A DNA stretch of 32,000 bases from Mycolicibacterium smegmatis (lineage in GTDB: Bacteria; Actinomycetota; Actinomycetes; Mycobacteriales; Mycobacteriaceae). How positions within the stretch are numbered: position 1 is the stretch's first letter; each line of letters starts with the position of its first letter. Below, piece after piece: positions 1-9,309 of the stretch. The notes under the pieces were generated by a model. That model was not told the DNA's origin and did not search any database. It saw nothing but the letters and a program-made list of their open reading frames with translations. The translations under genes and the position numbers were made by a program. The stretch covers positions 690,001 to 722,000 of the forward strand of contig NZ_LN831039.1 in assembly GCF_001457595.1 (NCBI RefSeq), read 5' to 3'.

Positions 1-794
1 CGGCGACGATTGCCGATCACGATCAGACTCACTACTTGCGCGGCGCGCTCCAGCGCTACCGTGGCTACCTCGTCGAAGCCTCCACCTTCGGCAATGCTGA
101 GACCGAGCGCCACGAGGCGGCCGTCACGCGCGCCGTCGATGGTCAGATGCTTCTCGATGAACGGCGGTGCGCTGTCGACGCACCTGGTGATCAACTCCCA
201 GCCCGCGGTGACGTCGCGCTCGGTGAGGCCGTTCAACGCTCGATATACGAATCCGCCGCCAGCGCGCTCGTAGAGGACTGGCTCACCCACTGCCGCAGCG
301 AGGGCGTCGAGTACCTCGGCGATCCCGCCGCCTTCGAGTACCAGCTCGGTCAGTCGACGCTGAAGTTCCTGTGCATGATCCAGCAGCGTGATCTTCTGGT
401 TGACGATCTGGGTGTGAATCGCCTCGGTGACGTCGATGAACGCAACCGGGAGATGCAACGCCACCAGCGTGAGATTGCGCTTCTGGCATTCGTCGATGAG
501 GTGCCGCGGGACGCTACGGAAGTTGGCGCCGAGCTCGAGCACCATGGCGGCGATTCCGCGTTCAGCCAATTCCGCGATGAGTCGCCGGTCCGACGCTTCC
601 GGCCCGTGGAACATGCGGCCCTCGGTGAGCACCAGTTCGCCGCCACGCAGAACAGACGCGATATCGCGAACCTCGACCACGTGTACCCAGCGGATGGGGC
701 GGTCGAGGTTCTCTCGGCCCGCGATCACTTCGGGCGCGCCGCCGCGTAGGGCGGGCAGCTGTAGGGCAGCTCGAACGGTCAAGGCTTCAGACAC
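1..794 (-). CDS. PucR-family transcriptional regulator (N-terminal part; cut by left window edge)
   Basis: Manual minus-strand translation from GTG at 794: VSEALTVRAALQLPALRGGAPEVIAGRENLDRPIRWVHVVEVRDIASVLRGGELVLTEGRMFHGPEASDRRLIAELAE... matches the PucR N-terminal signature (LDRPIRWVH..LRGGELVLT). Open to the window edge with no stop, so it is absent from the ORF track. Confidence 0.8.
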   Translation of the reverse strand, partial: MSEALTVRAALQLPALRGGAPEVIAGRENLDRPIRWVHVVEVRDIASVLRGGELVLTEGRMFHGPEASDRRLIAELAERGIAAMVLELGANFRSVPRHLIDECQKRNLTLVALHLPVAFIDVTEAIHTQIVNQKITLLDHAQELQRRLTELVLEGGGIAEVLDALAAAVGEPVLYERAGGGFVYRALNGLTERDVTAGWELITRCVDSAPPFIEKHLTIDGARDGRLVALGLSIAEGGGFDEVATVALERAAQVVSLIVIGNRR

Positions 795-805
795 TTACCA
801 AGTGT
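791..805. promoter_or_regulatory. Perfect inverted repeat ACACTT-ACC-AAGTGT over the start of the PucR gene
   Basis: Read directly: acacttaccaagtgt; possible operator in the divergent region. Confidence 0.35.
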
Positions 806-846
806 GGCTGACTCGCCGGTCGTTGCAGAATTACTGCCGAAATTCC

Positions 847-859
847 GACATCCTGTCGC
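847..859. promoter_or_regulatory. Inverted repeat CGACA-TCC-TGTCG in the divergent intergenic region
   Basis: Read directly: cgacatcctgtcg, between the PucR gene and the dimethylformamidase-like gene. Confidence 0.3.
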
Positions 860-959
860 GCCTGATCCCGAGATGCTTGACATGACGCGGGTCGCCGGGC
901 CCGGCAATATGCAGAAACATTTCGCGAAGCATCTGCTGACTGGATGAAGGAGGCTGCCG

Positions 960-3272
960 GTGAGTATGCCGATCGTCGGTTACACAGATCGCCTCACAGT
1001 GGAGCCGGGCCAAACAGTTGAATTCAAGATCAGCAGTGTTGAGCCGACCTTTCACGCCACGCTGGTGCGCTTGCTCCACGGCGACGACAATCCTGCCGGT
1101 CCTGGCTTCAAGGCAACGCGCGTTCCTTCGGCCATCGAGGGACCCCATCCAGGCCGGTACCAGTCCCTGCGCCCGGGCTCCTACGTCCACATTCCGCATC
1201 GTGCGGGGTTGACACCGTCGGCCAGCTTCTCCATCCATCTGTGGATGTGGATCAACTCGGCAACCGGCGGTCGACAGACCCTGCTGTCTCAAGGGTCGGT
1301 CGACGACGGCGGATATGCCCTCCGCATGGAGGACAGCAGGATCACCGCTCGGGTTGGCGATCAGGCGGTCACCGTGGCCAGCCCGATCCTGCCCCGCCGG
1401 TGGTACTCGGTAGCGGCAGTGTTCGACACCGCCGCAGGTGAGCTGCGCCTCGATGTGGTACCCTTGGCGATCAACCGGGCCCCCCATCACGACCGCGCGT
1501 GCAGTTCGATCGGTATGCCCACACCCGGTGTGGCTGACGTCCTCATCGGTGCCGAGAAGCTCAGCGACGGGCAGGTCGGAAACTTCTGTAACGGCAAGAT
1601 CGATTCCCCCCGCATCTATCCGACGGCGCTCAACGATGCCGAGCTGGAATCGATCAGGCAGGACACCTCCAACCAGGCTGCGGCTTCTCCCTTGGCCGCA
1701 TGGGATTTCGCCGCCGACATCAGCAATTGGACGGTGACCGACGTCGTCGGCGGATTCCACGGACACACCGTCAACAAACCGATGCGAGGCGCTACCGGCC
1801 ATAACTGGGACGGGTCGGAAACGTCGTGGGCGCACGCACCGGCGCAATACGGCGCCATCCACTTTCACGACGACGACCTTGCCGATGCGGGCTGGGAGAC
1901 AGCCTTTCAGTGGACGGTTCCCGACGAACTGCCCAGCGCCGTCTACGCGGCACATGTGACCGCTGGCGATGCCGAGGACTACATCCCGGTGTTCGTTCGC
2001 CCGCGCCGCGGGTATCCGACGTCCAAGATCGCACTACTCATCCCGACATTCAGCTACTTGGCCTACGCCAATGAGCAGCTGCTGAATAACCCTCTGCTTG
2101 AAAACCAGGCCGACTACCCGTCGCAGGTTCAAGACCGCTACATCGTCGAGAACCGCCTACTGAGTCTCTACGACAAACACAGCGATGGTTCGGGCGTCTG
2201 TTATTCGTCACGACTGCGACCCGTGGTCAATATGCGTCCCAAATGCCGCATGGCGTGGCTCGACGGCGGCAAGGGCTCGCCACACCAATTCAACGCCGAC
2301 CTGCACATCATCGACTGGCTGCACGAAAACGGCTATGAAGCAGACATTTTCACCGACGAAGACCTCCACCACGAGGGTCATTCCTTGCTCGCCCCGTACA
2401 AGGCGGTGCTGACCGGCTCGCATCACGAGTACTGGTCGGGTGAAATGATCGATGCCGCACAAGGCTACCTTCAGGACGGTGGCCGATTACTGTCGTTGTG
2501 CGGCAACGGAATGTACTGGGTCACCCAACTCGATCCTGAGACCGGCACCAGCGTCGAGATCCGCCGTCGCGGCCCCGCGACGCGGATGTGGGAACCCGAA
2601 CCCGGTGAGGCGCACCTGAGCAGCACCGGGGAGCTCGGCGGTACCTGGCGGTTCCGAGGTCGCGGCCCACAGTCCTGGATAGGCGCGGGTTACACAGCCG
2701 AGACGGCAGGACCAGGTCGTCCCTTCCGGCGTACGGAGCGAAGCTACAACGAGGATGTCGCGTTCATCTTCGACGGCGTAGCGGGCGACATGATCGGCGA
2801 CTTTCCCTGCCTCGTCAACTCCTATGGTGCAGCAGGATTCGAGTTTGATCGCGCCGATCCGGCACTTGGCACCCCGGCAGAGACCGTCATCTTGGCCACT
2901 GCCGACGGGTTCGATGATGGGGCTCAAGGAGCCATCGACGATGTTCTGCTGTCCGACTCCAGTCAGGGTGGCACCCAGAGCCCGCTGGTTCGTGCCGATA
3001 TGACGTTCCTGAGGTATCCCGCCGGAGGCGCGGTCTTTTCGGTCAGCTCCATCGCGTGGGCCGGTTGCCTGTCGTACAACGGATATGACAACGATGTCTC
3101 CCGTATCACCCGAAATGTGCTGGAGGCGTTCATCTCTGACGGGATTCAGGCGCAGAGACGCACACGTCAGCACCCATTTCGTAAACTGAGAGGCCCATCG
3201 CCAATGGCGAACATCGAGACTACAAACCCGGTCGAACCGCTGCTCGCCGACGCCCGGCGGCAGCAGATTTAA
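960..3272 (+). CDS. N,N-dimethylformamidase large (beta) subunit-like protein with LamG-like N-terminal domain
   Basis: 770 aa ORF with GTG start after an AAGGAGG ribosome binding site. LamG-like region (IHLWMWINSATGGRQTLLSQGSVDDGGYALRM), NMRPK..KGSPHQFNADLHIIDWL, and SHHEYWS motif. Paralogous to 15058..17253. Confidence 0.82.
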   Translation: MSMPIVGYTDRLTVEPGQTVEFKISSVEPTFHATLVRLLHGDDNPAGPGFKATRVPSAIEGPHPGRYQSLRPGSYVHIPHRAGLTPSASFSIHLWMWINSATGGRQTLLSQGSVDDGGYALRMEDSRITARVGDQAVTVASPILPRRWYSVAAVFDTAAGELRLDVVPLAINRAPHHDRACSSIGMPTPGVADVLIGAEKLSDGQVGNFCNGKIDSPRIYPTALNDAELESIRQDTSNQAAASPLAAWDFAADISNWTVTDVVGGFHGHTVNKPMRGATGHNWDGSETSWAHAPAQYGAIHFHDDDLADAGWETAFQWTVPDELPSAVYAAHVTAGDAEDYIPVFVRPRRGYPTSKIALLIPTFSYLAYANEQLLNNPLLENQADYPSQVQDRYIVENRLLSLYDKHSDGSGVCYSSRLRPVVNMRPKCRMAWLDGGKGSPHQFNADLHIIDWLHENGYEADIFTDEDLHHEGHSLLAPYKAVLTGSHHEYWSGEMIDAAQGYLQDGGRLLSLCGNGMYWVTQLDPETGTSVEIRRRGPATRMWEPEPGEAHLSSTGELGGTWRFRGRGPQSWIGAGYTAETAGPGRPFRRTERSYNEDVAFIFDGVAGDMIGDFPCLVNSYGAAGFEFDRADPALGTPAETVILATADGFDDGAQGAIDDVLLSDSSQGGTQSPLVRADMTFLRYPAGGAVFSVSSIAWAGCLSYNGYDNDVSRITRNVLEAFISDGIQAQRRTRQHPFRKLRGPSPMANIETTNPVEPLLADARRQQI

Positions 3273-3364
3273 TCTCGACAGCGATGGCGAGAGCCGGACA
3301 GCGAAGACATTCGCGTCACCCAGATGTTTATACCTAAACCCATTCAGAATAGAGGAAATCGCAT

Positions 3365-4741
3365 ATGCCCATCGCCAGTGTCAACCCAGCCACCGGTGAG
3401 ACGATCGAGACCTTCGCTGCCCACGACGACGCCGAGGTGCAGCGCCGCATAACCGAAGCCGCCGACGCCGCAGAGGCGCTGCGTGATACGACGTACTCCC
3501 AACGCGCCGAGTGGATGAAGGCGGCCGCAGACCTCTTGGAGGCCGATGTCGAGTCGGCTGCCAAGATGATCACCCGCGAGATGGGTAAACCCATCGCCCA
3601 GTCGCGCGGGGAAGTTCTCAAGTGCGCCAAGAACATGCGCTACTACGCCGAGCACGCTGAATCCTTCCTGGCCGCCGAGTTCCTGGCGGATCCCTCGGCC
3701 GTCACCGCATCTGAGGCGGGCGCGGTGTGGCAGCCGCTGGGTGTGGTGCTGGCCGTCATGCCATGGAACTACCCATTCTGGCAGGTCGTCCGGTTCGCCG
3801 CGCCGGCGCTGATGGCGGGTAACACCGTGCTGCTCAAACACGCGTCGAACGTGCCGCAGTCGGCCCTGTACCTCGACGCCCTCTTCGAGAAGAGCGGATT
3901 TCCGGTCGGCTCGTTCCGGACGCTGCTCATCGGGTCCGCCGGGGTCGCGGCCGTCCTCGAAGACGTCCGTGTCAAGGCCGTGACGCTGACCGGTTCCGAG
4001 CAAGCGGGCCGCTCGGTGGCCGCAACGGCCGGGCAGCAGGTCAAAAAGGCCGTCCTGGAGCTCGGCGGGTCCGACCCGTTCATCGTGATGCCCAGCGCCG
4101 ATCTGGAGGCTGCGGCTGCCACCGCCGTCAAGGCCCGCATCTCCAATAACGGTCAATCATGCGTGGCTGCAAAGCGTTTCATCGTCCACGCCGACGTGTA
4201 CGATGCGTTTGCGAAACTGTTCGCCGCAAAGATGGGCGCACTGACCGTCGGTGACCCGATGGACGAGGCAGTGGATGTCGGGCCGTTGGCCACCGAGTCC
4301 GGTCGCGACGAAGTAGCCGAGTTGGTGGACGACGCGGTGGCCAAGGGCGCTCAAGTGCTCGTCGGCGGATTGGCGTCTAAGTCCGGAGGCTGGTACTACC
4401 CGCCGACCGTTCTCGCGGGCCTGACCGATGACATGCGCATCGTATTGGAAGAGACCTTCGGTCCCGTCGCGTCGCTCTACAAAGTTGCCGATCGTGACGA
4501 GGCCGTCAAGATCGCCAATCAGACCACCTTCGGGCTGAGTTCCGCGGTGTGGACCACCGATTCTGCAGAACAGGATTGGTTTGTCGATCAGCTGGACGCC
4601 GGAGCGGTTTTCGTCAACGGGATGACGGTGTCCTTCCCTGAGCTGCCGTTCGGCGGCGTCAAGGCGTCGGGCTATGGCCGCGAACTCGCGGCGGCGGGCA
4701 TTCGTGAGTTCTGCAACCTGAAGACGGTCTGGAAGGCCTGA
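3365..4741 (+). CDS. NAD(P)-dependent succinate-semialdehyde dehydrogenase-like aldehyde dehydrogenase
   Basis: 458 aa. ALDH hallmarks: VMPWNYPFWQVVR, VLLKHASNVPQSAL, TGSEQAGRSVA, LELGGSDPFIV, NNGQSCVAAKRFIV, VFVNGMTVSFPELPFGGVKASGYGREL. Substrate not determined. Confidence 0.88.
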   Translation: MPIASVNPATGETIETFAAHDDAEVQRRITEAADAAEALRDTTYSQRAEWMKAAADLLEADVESAAKMITREMGKPIAQSRGEVLKCAKNMRYYAEHAESFLAAEFLADPSAVTASEAGAVWQPLGVVLAVMPWNYPFWQVVRFAAPALMAGNTVLLKHASNVPQSALYLDALFEKSGFPVGSFRTLLIGSAGVAAVLEDVRVKAVTLTGSEQAGRSVAATAGQQVKKAVLELGGSDPFIVMPSADLEAAAATAVKARISNNGQSCVAAKRFIVHADVYDAFAKLFAAKMGALTVGDPMDEAVDVGPLATESGRDEVAELVDDAVAKGAQVLVGGLASKSGGWYYPPTVLAGLTDDMRIVLEETFGPVASLYKVADRDEAVKIANQTTFGLSSAVWTTDSAEQDWFVDQLDAGAVFVNGMTVSFPELPFGGVKASGYGRELAAAGIREFCNLKTVWKA

Positions 4742-5046
4742 GCGTCGTTTACCCTCCCGACAGTCATGCGCGGCTGTGCGGTCTCACCCGAACCCGTTCT
4801 TTATAAACGGACGAGGCCCGCACGGTCGCGCATTTCTCGCTTCCGCTCCGGGCGTGCATCAACGATGACTGACGGCCTCGTGGCCGAGAGGTCGACGGAA
4901 CTCCGGTGAGCGCTTGACGAAATGTGAACGTCCCGAGGCGGCTGCCTGACAGTCCGCGGGGTGTCCGCACTCACACCAGCGGCGAGAATTTTCTGCGAAG
5001 GGACCTTTCCCCTTGACCAGCCCGGGTCTTCCAAAGGAGCCTGTTC

Positions 5047-6189
5047 ATGTCTGTGATTGATCACGAAAACTACTTCACCAGTCTGCCCCGCGAGTACTAC
5101 CTCGATGAGGATCGGTACACCAATGAGCTGGCCAGGGTCTGGGGCCAGCAGTGGATCTACGCCGGGCACGTTTCCCAAATCCCCAAGACTGGCGACTACT
5201 TCACCTTCGAGGTCGGGACCGAGAACATTCTGGTGGTGCGCGACGGCGGTGACGTCCGCGCCGTTCATAACGTTTGCCGGCACCGGGGACTGCAGCTGTG
5301 CAATCAGCCCACTGGCCGGGTCGGCCGCAGAATCGTCTGCCCGTACCACTCGTGGAGCTACGGGCTCGATGGAAAGTTGCTCAAAGCTACCCGCCAGGAC
5401 GACGGAGAGTTCTTCGATTACAAGGACTTCGGGCTGTTTCCTATACACGTGTCGATCTGGCAGGGGTTCATTTTTGTGAGCCTGGCCGAAGTCGCCCCGG
5501 CTCCGGTTGACTCGATGATCGACGAGAAGGCAACCGCCGACATGGCGGTCCTCGATCCCACCCGGCTCAAGATCGCGCACGAGATCACCTACTATGCCGA
5601 TGCCAACTGGAAGCTTCTGCTCGAAAACGGCGTCGAGTGCTATCACTGTCCGTCGGTGCATCCGGAGTTCTGCGTTTCGCTCGACGCCCAAGAGATGTCG
5701 GACTACTACGAAGAGGACTATATCGGCGATCTGGTCCAAGGTTTGGTCATCCCGGTCAAGCGTGAGTTGGAATCGCTGTCGATGGACGGCCACTACGTCT
5801 CGAAGAAACTCCTCGGAGAGTTCGGCCGCGGCGCCGACGTTCCCGATGACTTCGGCGCGGGGTTCATGACCCAGCCCGGATACTGTTGGGGGGGATTCCA
5901 TCCTGATTACGGCATGGTCGCCAGCACCCTGCCGATCTCGGCAACGCGAACCAAGATGGTGTGTTGGTGGTTTGTGCACGAAGACGCCGAGGAGGGAGTC
6001 GACTACAACGTCGACGAACTCGTCAAGCTGTGGGACATCACCAACATTCAGGACCTACACATCCAAGAGCGCCAACAAGTCGGCCTGACCTCGCAACGTT
6101 ATGTTCCGGGACCGAATTCGCCGTCGCAGGAACCCGGTATCCGCGCCGCGCTGCGCAAGTACCTGGAGATGATGGGAGAACCGAGCTGA
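5047..6189 (+). CDS. Rieske non-heme iron oxygenase alpha subunit (quaternary-amine/aromatic-ring oxygenase family)
   Basis: 380 aa. Rieske ligands CRHRGLQLCNQPTGRVGRRIVCPYHSW and catalytic-domain motif NWKLLLENGVECYHCPSVHPEF. AAAGGAG ribosome binding site upstream. Confidence 0.92.
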   Translation: MSVIDHENYFTSLPREYYLDEDRYTNELARVWGQQWIYAGHVSQIPKTGDYFTFEVGTENILVVRDGGDVRAVHNVCRHRGLQLCNQPTGRVGRRIVCPYHSWSYGLDGKLLKATRQDDGEFFDYKDFGLFPIHVSIWQGFIFVSLAEVAPAPVDSMIDEKATADMAVLDPTRLKIAHEITYYADANWKLLLENGVECYHCPSVHPEFCVSLDAQEMSDYYEEDYIGDLVQGLVIPVKRELESLSMDGHYVSKKLLGEFGRGADVPDDFGAGFMTQPGYCWGGFHPDYGMVASTLPISATRTKMVCWWFVHEDAEEGVDYNVDELVKLWDITNIQDLHIQERQQVGLTSQRYVPGPNSPSQEPGIRAALRKYLEMMGEPS

Positions 6190-6980
6190 GTACCCACAGT
6201 TCCGGCCGAGGACGCCTCGCCGGCAAGGCTGCTGTCGTCACCGGAGCCACGAGTGGTCTCGGATTGGCCGTGGCGTACGCCATGGCGGCCGAGGGTGCCG
6301 CGGTGGTCGCGGTAGGGCGCAACGCCGACCGCGGCCACGAAATCGTGCAATCGATTGTGAAGGACGGCCACACAGCGGTCTTCGTACGCGGCGACGTGGC
6401 CGTAGAGAAAGACATCGCCAGAGCAATCGAGCTCTGCCGGGCCGAGTTCGGCTCGTTGGACATCATGCACAACAATGCGGCGTTTTTTGTGACCGCGGAG
6501 TTGCACCAGACCACAACCGAAGACTGGGATCGGTCACTCCGGACCAACCTGAGTTCGGTGTTCTGGGGCAGTAAGCACGCGGTGCTCGCAATGCGCGAGC
6601 AGGGTCACGGTGGGTCGATCATCAACACTGCGTCCGTGGCCGCCTTCACCGCGACAGCCGACACCGCCGCCTACGTCGCAACGAAATCGGGTGTCATGGG
6701 GCTCACCCGGTCCGTAGCGCTTGCGTACGCAGCGGAAGGTATTCGGTGTAATGCGTTGTGCCCCGGTGACTTCGAGTCGCCGATGTTCGATAGCTTCCTG
6801 GCAACCCAGAGTAACCCCAGCGCTGCCCGGAGGGAATTCGAAGCGCTGTACCCGACGAAGCGCATCCTCAAGCCCGGTGACGTCGCCAACGCGGCCGTCT
6901 TCCTCGCATCTGACGAAGCGGCCGGCGTCAATGGAACGTCACTCGTGGTTGACGACGGGCTACTGGCCAAGACCTACTGA
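6186..6980 (+). CDS. Short-chain dehydrogenase/reductase (SDR)
   Basis: LAGKAAVVTGATSGLGLAVAYAMAAEG (Rossmann TGxxxGxG), NNAA, S...YVATKSG, plus the PGDFESPMF region. No ATG/GTG/TTG lies between the Rieske 3' end and the Rossmann motif in this frame, so the start is proposed as CTG at 6186 overlapping the Rieske stop (CTGA). The longer ORF call 5961..6980 overlaps the Rieske gene. Confidence 0.85.
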   Translation: MSTHSSGRGRLAGKAAVVTGATSGLGLAVAYAMAAEGAAVVAVGRNADRGHEIVQSIVKDGHTAVFVRGDVAVEKDIARAIELCRAEFGSLDIMHNNAAFFVTAELHQTTTEDWDRSLRTNLSSVFWGSKHAVLAMREQGHGGSIINTASVAAFTATADTAAYVATKSGVMGLTRSVALAYAAEGIRCNALCPGDFESPMFDSFLATQSNPSAARREFEALYPTKRILKPGDVANAAVFLASDEAAGVNGTSLVVDDGLLAKTY

Positions 6981-6983
6981 TCG

Positions 6984-8006
6984 TTGGAGTCTGCCTTGAC
7001 CCATCTAGTCCAATTCCGAGTCCTTTCGGTCATCGCGGAAACCCACGAGGCGAAGTCGTTTCGGCTTCAGGCACCCAGGCCCCTCGCGTACAAGCCGGGA
7101 CAATTTCTCACGATCGGAGTGCCGTCCGAACGTGGAACGGTGGCGCGATGCTATTCACTGTCGAGCGCCCCCCATGAGGAGGACTTCTCGATCACGGTGA
7201 AGCGCACACCGCGCGGCTACGCGTCCAATTGGATATGCGATCACATAACAGTCGGGGACACCATCACGGCGCTGCCACCGTCAGGCAACTTCATCCCGCC
7301 GTCGCAAGACACCGACTTGGTCTTGTTCGCTGCCGGCAGCGGAATAACCCCTGTGATGTCGATCGCGAAACATGTTCTGACACAGACTGATAGAGACGTG
7401 GCGCTGTTCTATGCCAATCGAGATGCCGCGGCAGTCATCTTCGCTGAAGAGCTACGCGCCATGTCGGACACCTATGCGGACCGGTTTCATGTGGTGCACT
7501 GGCTGGAGGAATTGCAATCGCTGCCCCGTACCGCTGACTTGCGGCGGTTCGTTGCGGCGTACCCGCATTACTCTGCGTACACCTGCGGGCCGGCGCCATT
7601 CATGGCTGCGGTCACCGATGCCCTGACCCCACTGGGATTCGTCGGCGATCGCCTCAAACGTGAGGTGTTCCAGTCACTGAGCAGCAACCCTTTCCAGGCT
7701 CAGGATGTTGAGTCCGACCCTGGGGCCAAGCTGGCTCGGGTCCGTGGTACGTGCAACGGCGCTAGTTTCGACTTCGACGACTGGCCGTCTGACGTGCCTC
7801 TGCTCCAGCACCTGCTGTCCAAGGGGGTAGACGCTCCCTTCTCCTGCCGTAGCGGTGAGTGCGGTGCGTGCATTGTCCAGTTGGTCGAGGGTGCCGTCGA
7901 GATGGAGCAGAACGACGTGCTCGACTCTGATGAACTGGCCGACGGGTATCGCTTGGCCTGCCAAGCCAAGCCGTTGTCGGAATCTATTGTCATCACCTAC
8001 GACTGA
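6984..8006 (+). CDS. Ferredoxin-type oxygenase reductase (FAD/NAD binding domain plus C-terminal plant-type 2Fe-2S)
   Basis: 340 aa. RCYSLSSAP FAD motif, FAAGSGITPVMSIAKH NAD motif, CRSGECGACIVQL...CQA 2Fe-2S cysteines. Likely electron donor to the adjacent Rieske oxygenase. TTG start. Confidence 0.9.
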   Translation: MESALTHLVQFRVLSVIAETHEAKSFRLQAPRPLAYKPGQFLTIGVPSERGTVARCYSLSSAPHEEDFSITVKRTPRGYASNWICDHITVGDTITALPPSGNFIPPSQDTDLVLFAAGSGITPVMSIAKHVLTQTDRDVALFYANRDAAAVIFAEELRAMSDTYADRFHVVHWLEELQSLPRTADLRRFVAAYPHYSAYTCGPAPFMAAVTDALTPLGFVGDRLKREVFQSLSSNPFQAQDVESDPGAKLARVRGTCNGASFDFDDWPSDVPLLQHLLSKGVDAPFSCRSGECGACIVQLVEGAVEMEQNDVLDSDELADGYRLACQAKPLSESIVITYD

Positions 8007-8080
8007 GGCGTTTTCAAGCAGGGCTCATCTGCGGGCCAAGGTTAGCTCGTACGCGTGTCGGTTCTGGATGACAGCGGTCT

Positions 8081-8413
8081 TCAGTGCTTCGGGCTGACGA
8101 GACTTCGGTGGGTACGTATACGGCTGACTCGCGACTGCAACATTGAACTGCGCTCATCCTCAGACAATCCGCCCCACGTACCCCATGCCTCTTGAAACCT
8201 GACGGCGTGCTCTCGGCACGCGGAAATGACCGGGCAGGTTGCACAGACCTCTTTGGCCTTGTGTTGGCGGCTGGAACGTGCGCGGCCACGCTCGCAATCC
8301 GGGTGAAAGAACAGAGATTCGTCGGCGTCGCGACACCGCGCGAGAAGGCGCCAACTCCAGGCCTCCTCTTGCCGCGTGCGCGTCTCTGTGACTCGAGTGG
8401 TGTTGGCGGACAT
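8081..8413 (-). CDS. WhiB-like iron-sulfur transcriptional regulator
   Basis: 110 aa with four-cysteine pattern C(RDADESLFFHPD)C...VCATCPVISAC and G-T-W-G-G turn (AWGTWGGLSEDER). Confidence 0.82.
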   Translation of the reverse strand: MSANTTRVTETRTRQEEAWSWRLLARCRDADESLFFHPDCERGRARSSRQHKAKEVCATCPVISACREHAVRFQEAWGTWGGLSEDERSSMLQSRVSRIRTHRSLVSPKH

Positions 8414-8418
8414 GATTT

Positions 8419-9309
8419 TTACCAGCCGCGTTCGGCGAGCCGGTGCGGCTGGGCGATCTCCTCGACGTTGATGCCGACCATGGCCTCGCCGAGCCCGCGC
8501 GACACTTTGGCCAGCACGTCGGGGTCGTCGTAGAAGGTGGTGGCCTTGACGATCGCGGCCGCCCGCTGCGCCGGGTTGCCGGACTTGAAGATGCCCGACC
8601 CGACGAACACGCCCTCGGCGCCGAGCTGCATCATCATCGCCGCATCGGCCGGGGTCGCGATGCCACCGGCGGTGAACAGCGTCACCGGCAGCTTGCCGGC
8701 CCGGGCCACCTCGACCACCAGCTCATAGGGCGCCTGCAGCTCCTTGGCCGCCACATACAGCTCGTCCTCGCTCATCGAGGTGAGCCGGCGGATCTCCCCA
8801 CCGATCTGGCGCATATGCGTGGTCGCGTTCGAGACGTCGCCGGTGCCGGCCTCACCCTTGGAGCGGATCATCGCCGCGCCCTCGGTGATGCGCCGCAACG
8901 CCTCGCCCAGGTTGGTCGCCCCGCACACGAACGGCACGGTGAAGCGCCACTTGTCGATGTGGTTGGTGTAATCGGCTGGGGTCAGCACCTCGGACTCGTC
9001 GACGTAATCGACCCCGAGGCTCTGCAGGATCTGGGCCTCCACGAAATGCCCGATCCGCGCCTTGGCCATCACCGGGATGGTGACCGCGTCGATGATGCCC
9101 TCGACCATGTCCGGATCCGACATGCGCGACACCCCGCCCTGCGCGCGGATGTCGGCGGGGACGCGCTCCAGCGCCATCACCGCGACCGCACCGGCACCCT
9201 CGGCGATACGCGCCTGCTCCGGCGTGACCACATCCATGATCACGCCGCCCTTGAGCATCTCAGCCATCCCACGCTTCACGCGCGCAGTACCAACTGTGTT
9301 GTCTGCCAT
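8419..9309 (-). CDS. pdxS: Pyridoxal 5'-phosphate synthase lyase subunit PdxS
   Basis: 296 aa from ATG 9309 with GAAGGAG upstream: [44 protein letters not shown]..., catalytic-region lysines in VMAKARIGH and [21 protein letters not shown]-terminal [20 protein letters not shown]. Confidence 0.97.
   Translation of the reverse strand: MADNTVGTARVKRGMAEMLKGGVIMDVVTPEQARIAEGAGAVAVMALERVPADIRAQGGVSRMSDPDMVEGIIDAVTIPVMAKARIGHFVEAQILQSLGVDYVDESEVLTPADYTNHIDKWRFTVPFVCGATNLGEALRRITEGAAMIRSKGEAGTGDVSNATTHMRQIGGEIRRLTSMSEDELYVAAKELQAPYELVVEVARAGKLPVTLFTAGGIATPADAAMMMQLGAEGVFVGSGIFKSGNPAQRAAAIVKATTFYDDPDVLAKVSRGLGEAMVGINVEEIAQPHRLAERGW

Noticed and set aside
36-749. 237-aa plus-strand ORF at the left edge
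   Set aside because: The opposite strand encodes a clear PucR-type regulator, so this is a shadow.
831-1955. 374-aa minus-strand ORF
   Set aside because: Antisense to the first dimethylformamidase-like gene; typical high-GC shadow ORF.
4742-5046. Long leader before the Rieske gene considered as a cobalamin or other riboswitch
   Set aside because: A GGAACTCCGGTGAG-like string is present, but the remaining conserved cobalamin-riboswitch elements are not convincingly there. An Infernal/Rfam scan would decide.
4801-5979. 392-aa minus-strand ORF
   Set aside because: Antisense to the Rieske oxygenase, whose plus-strand frame has clear catalytic motifs.
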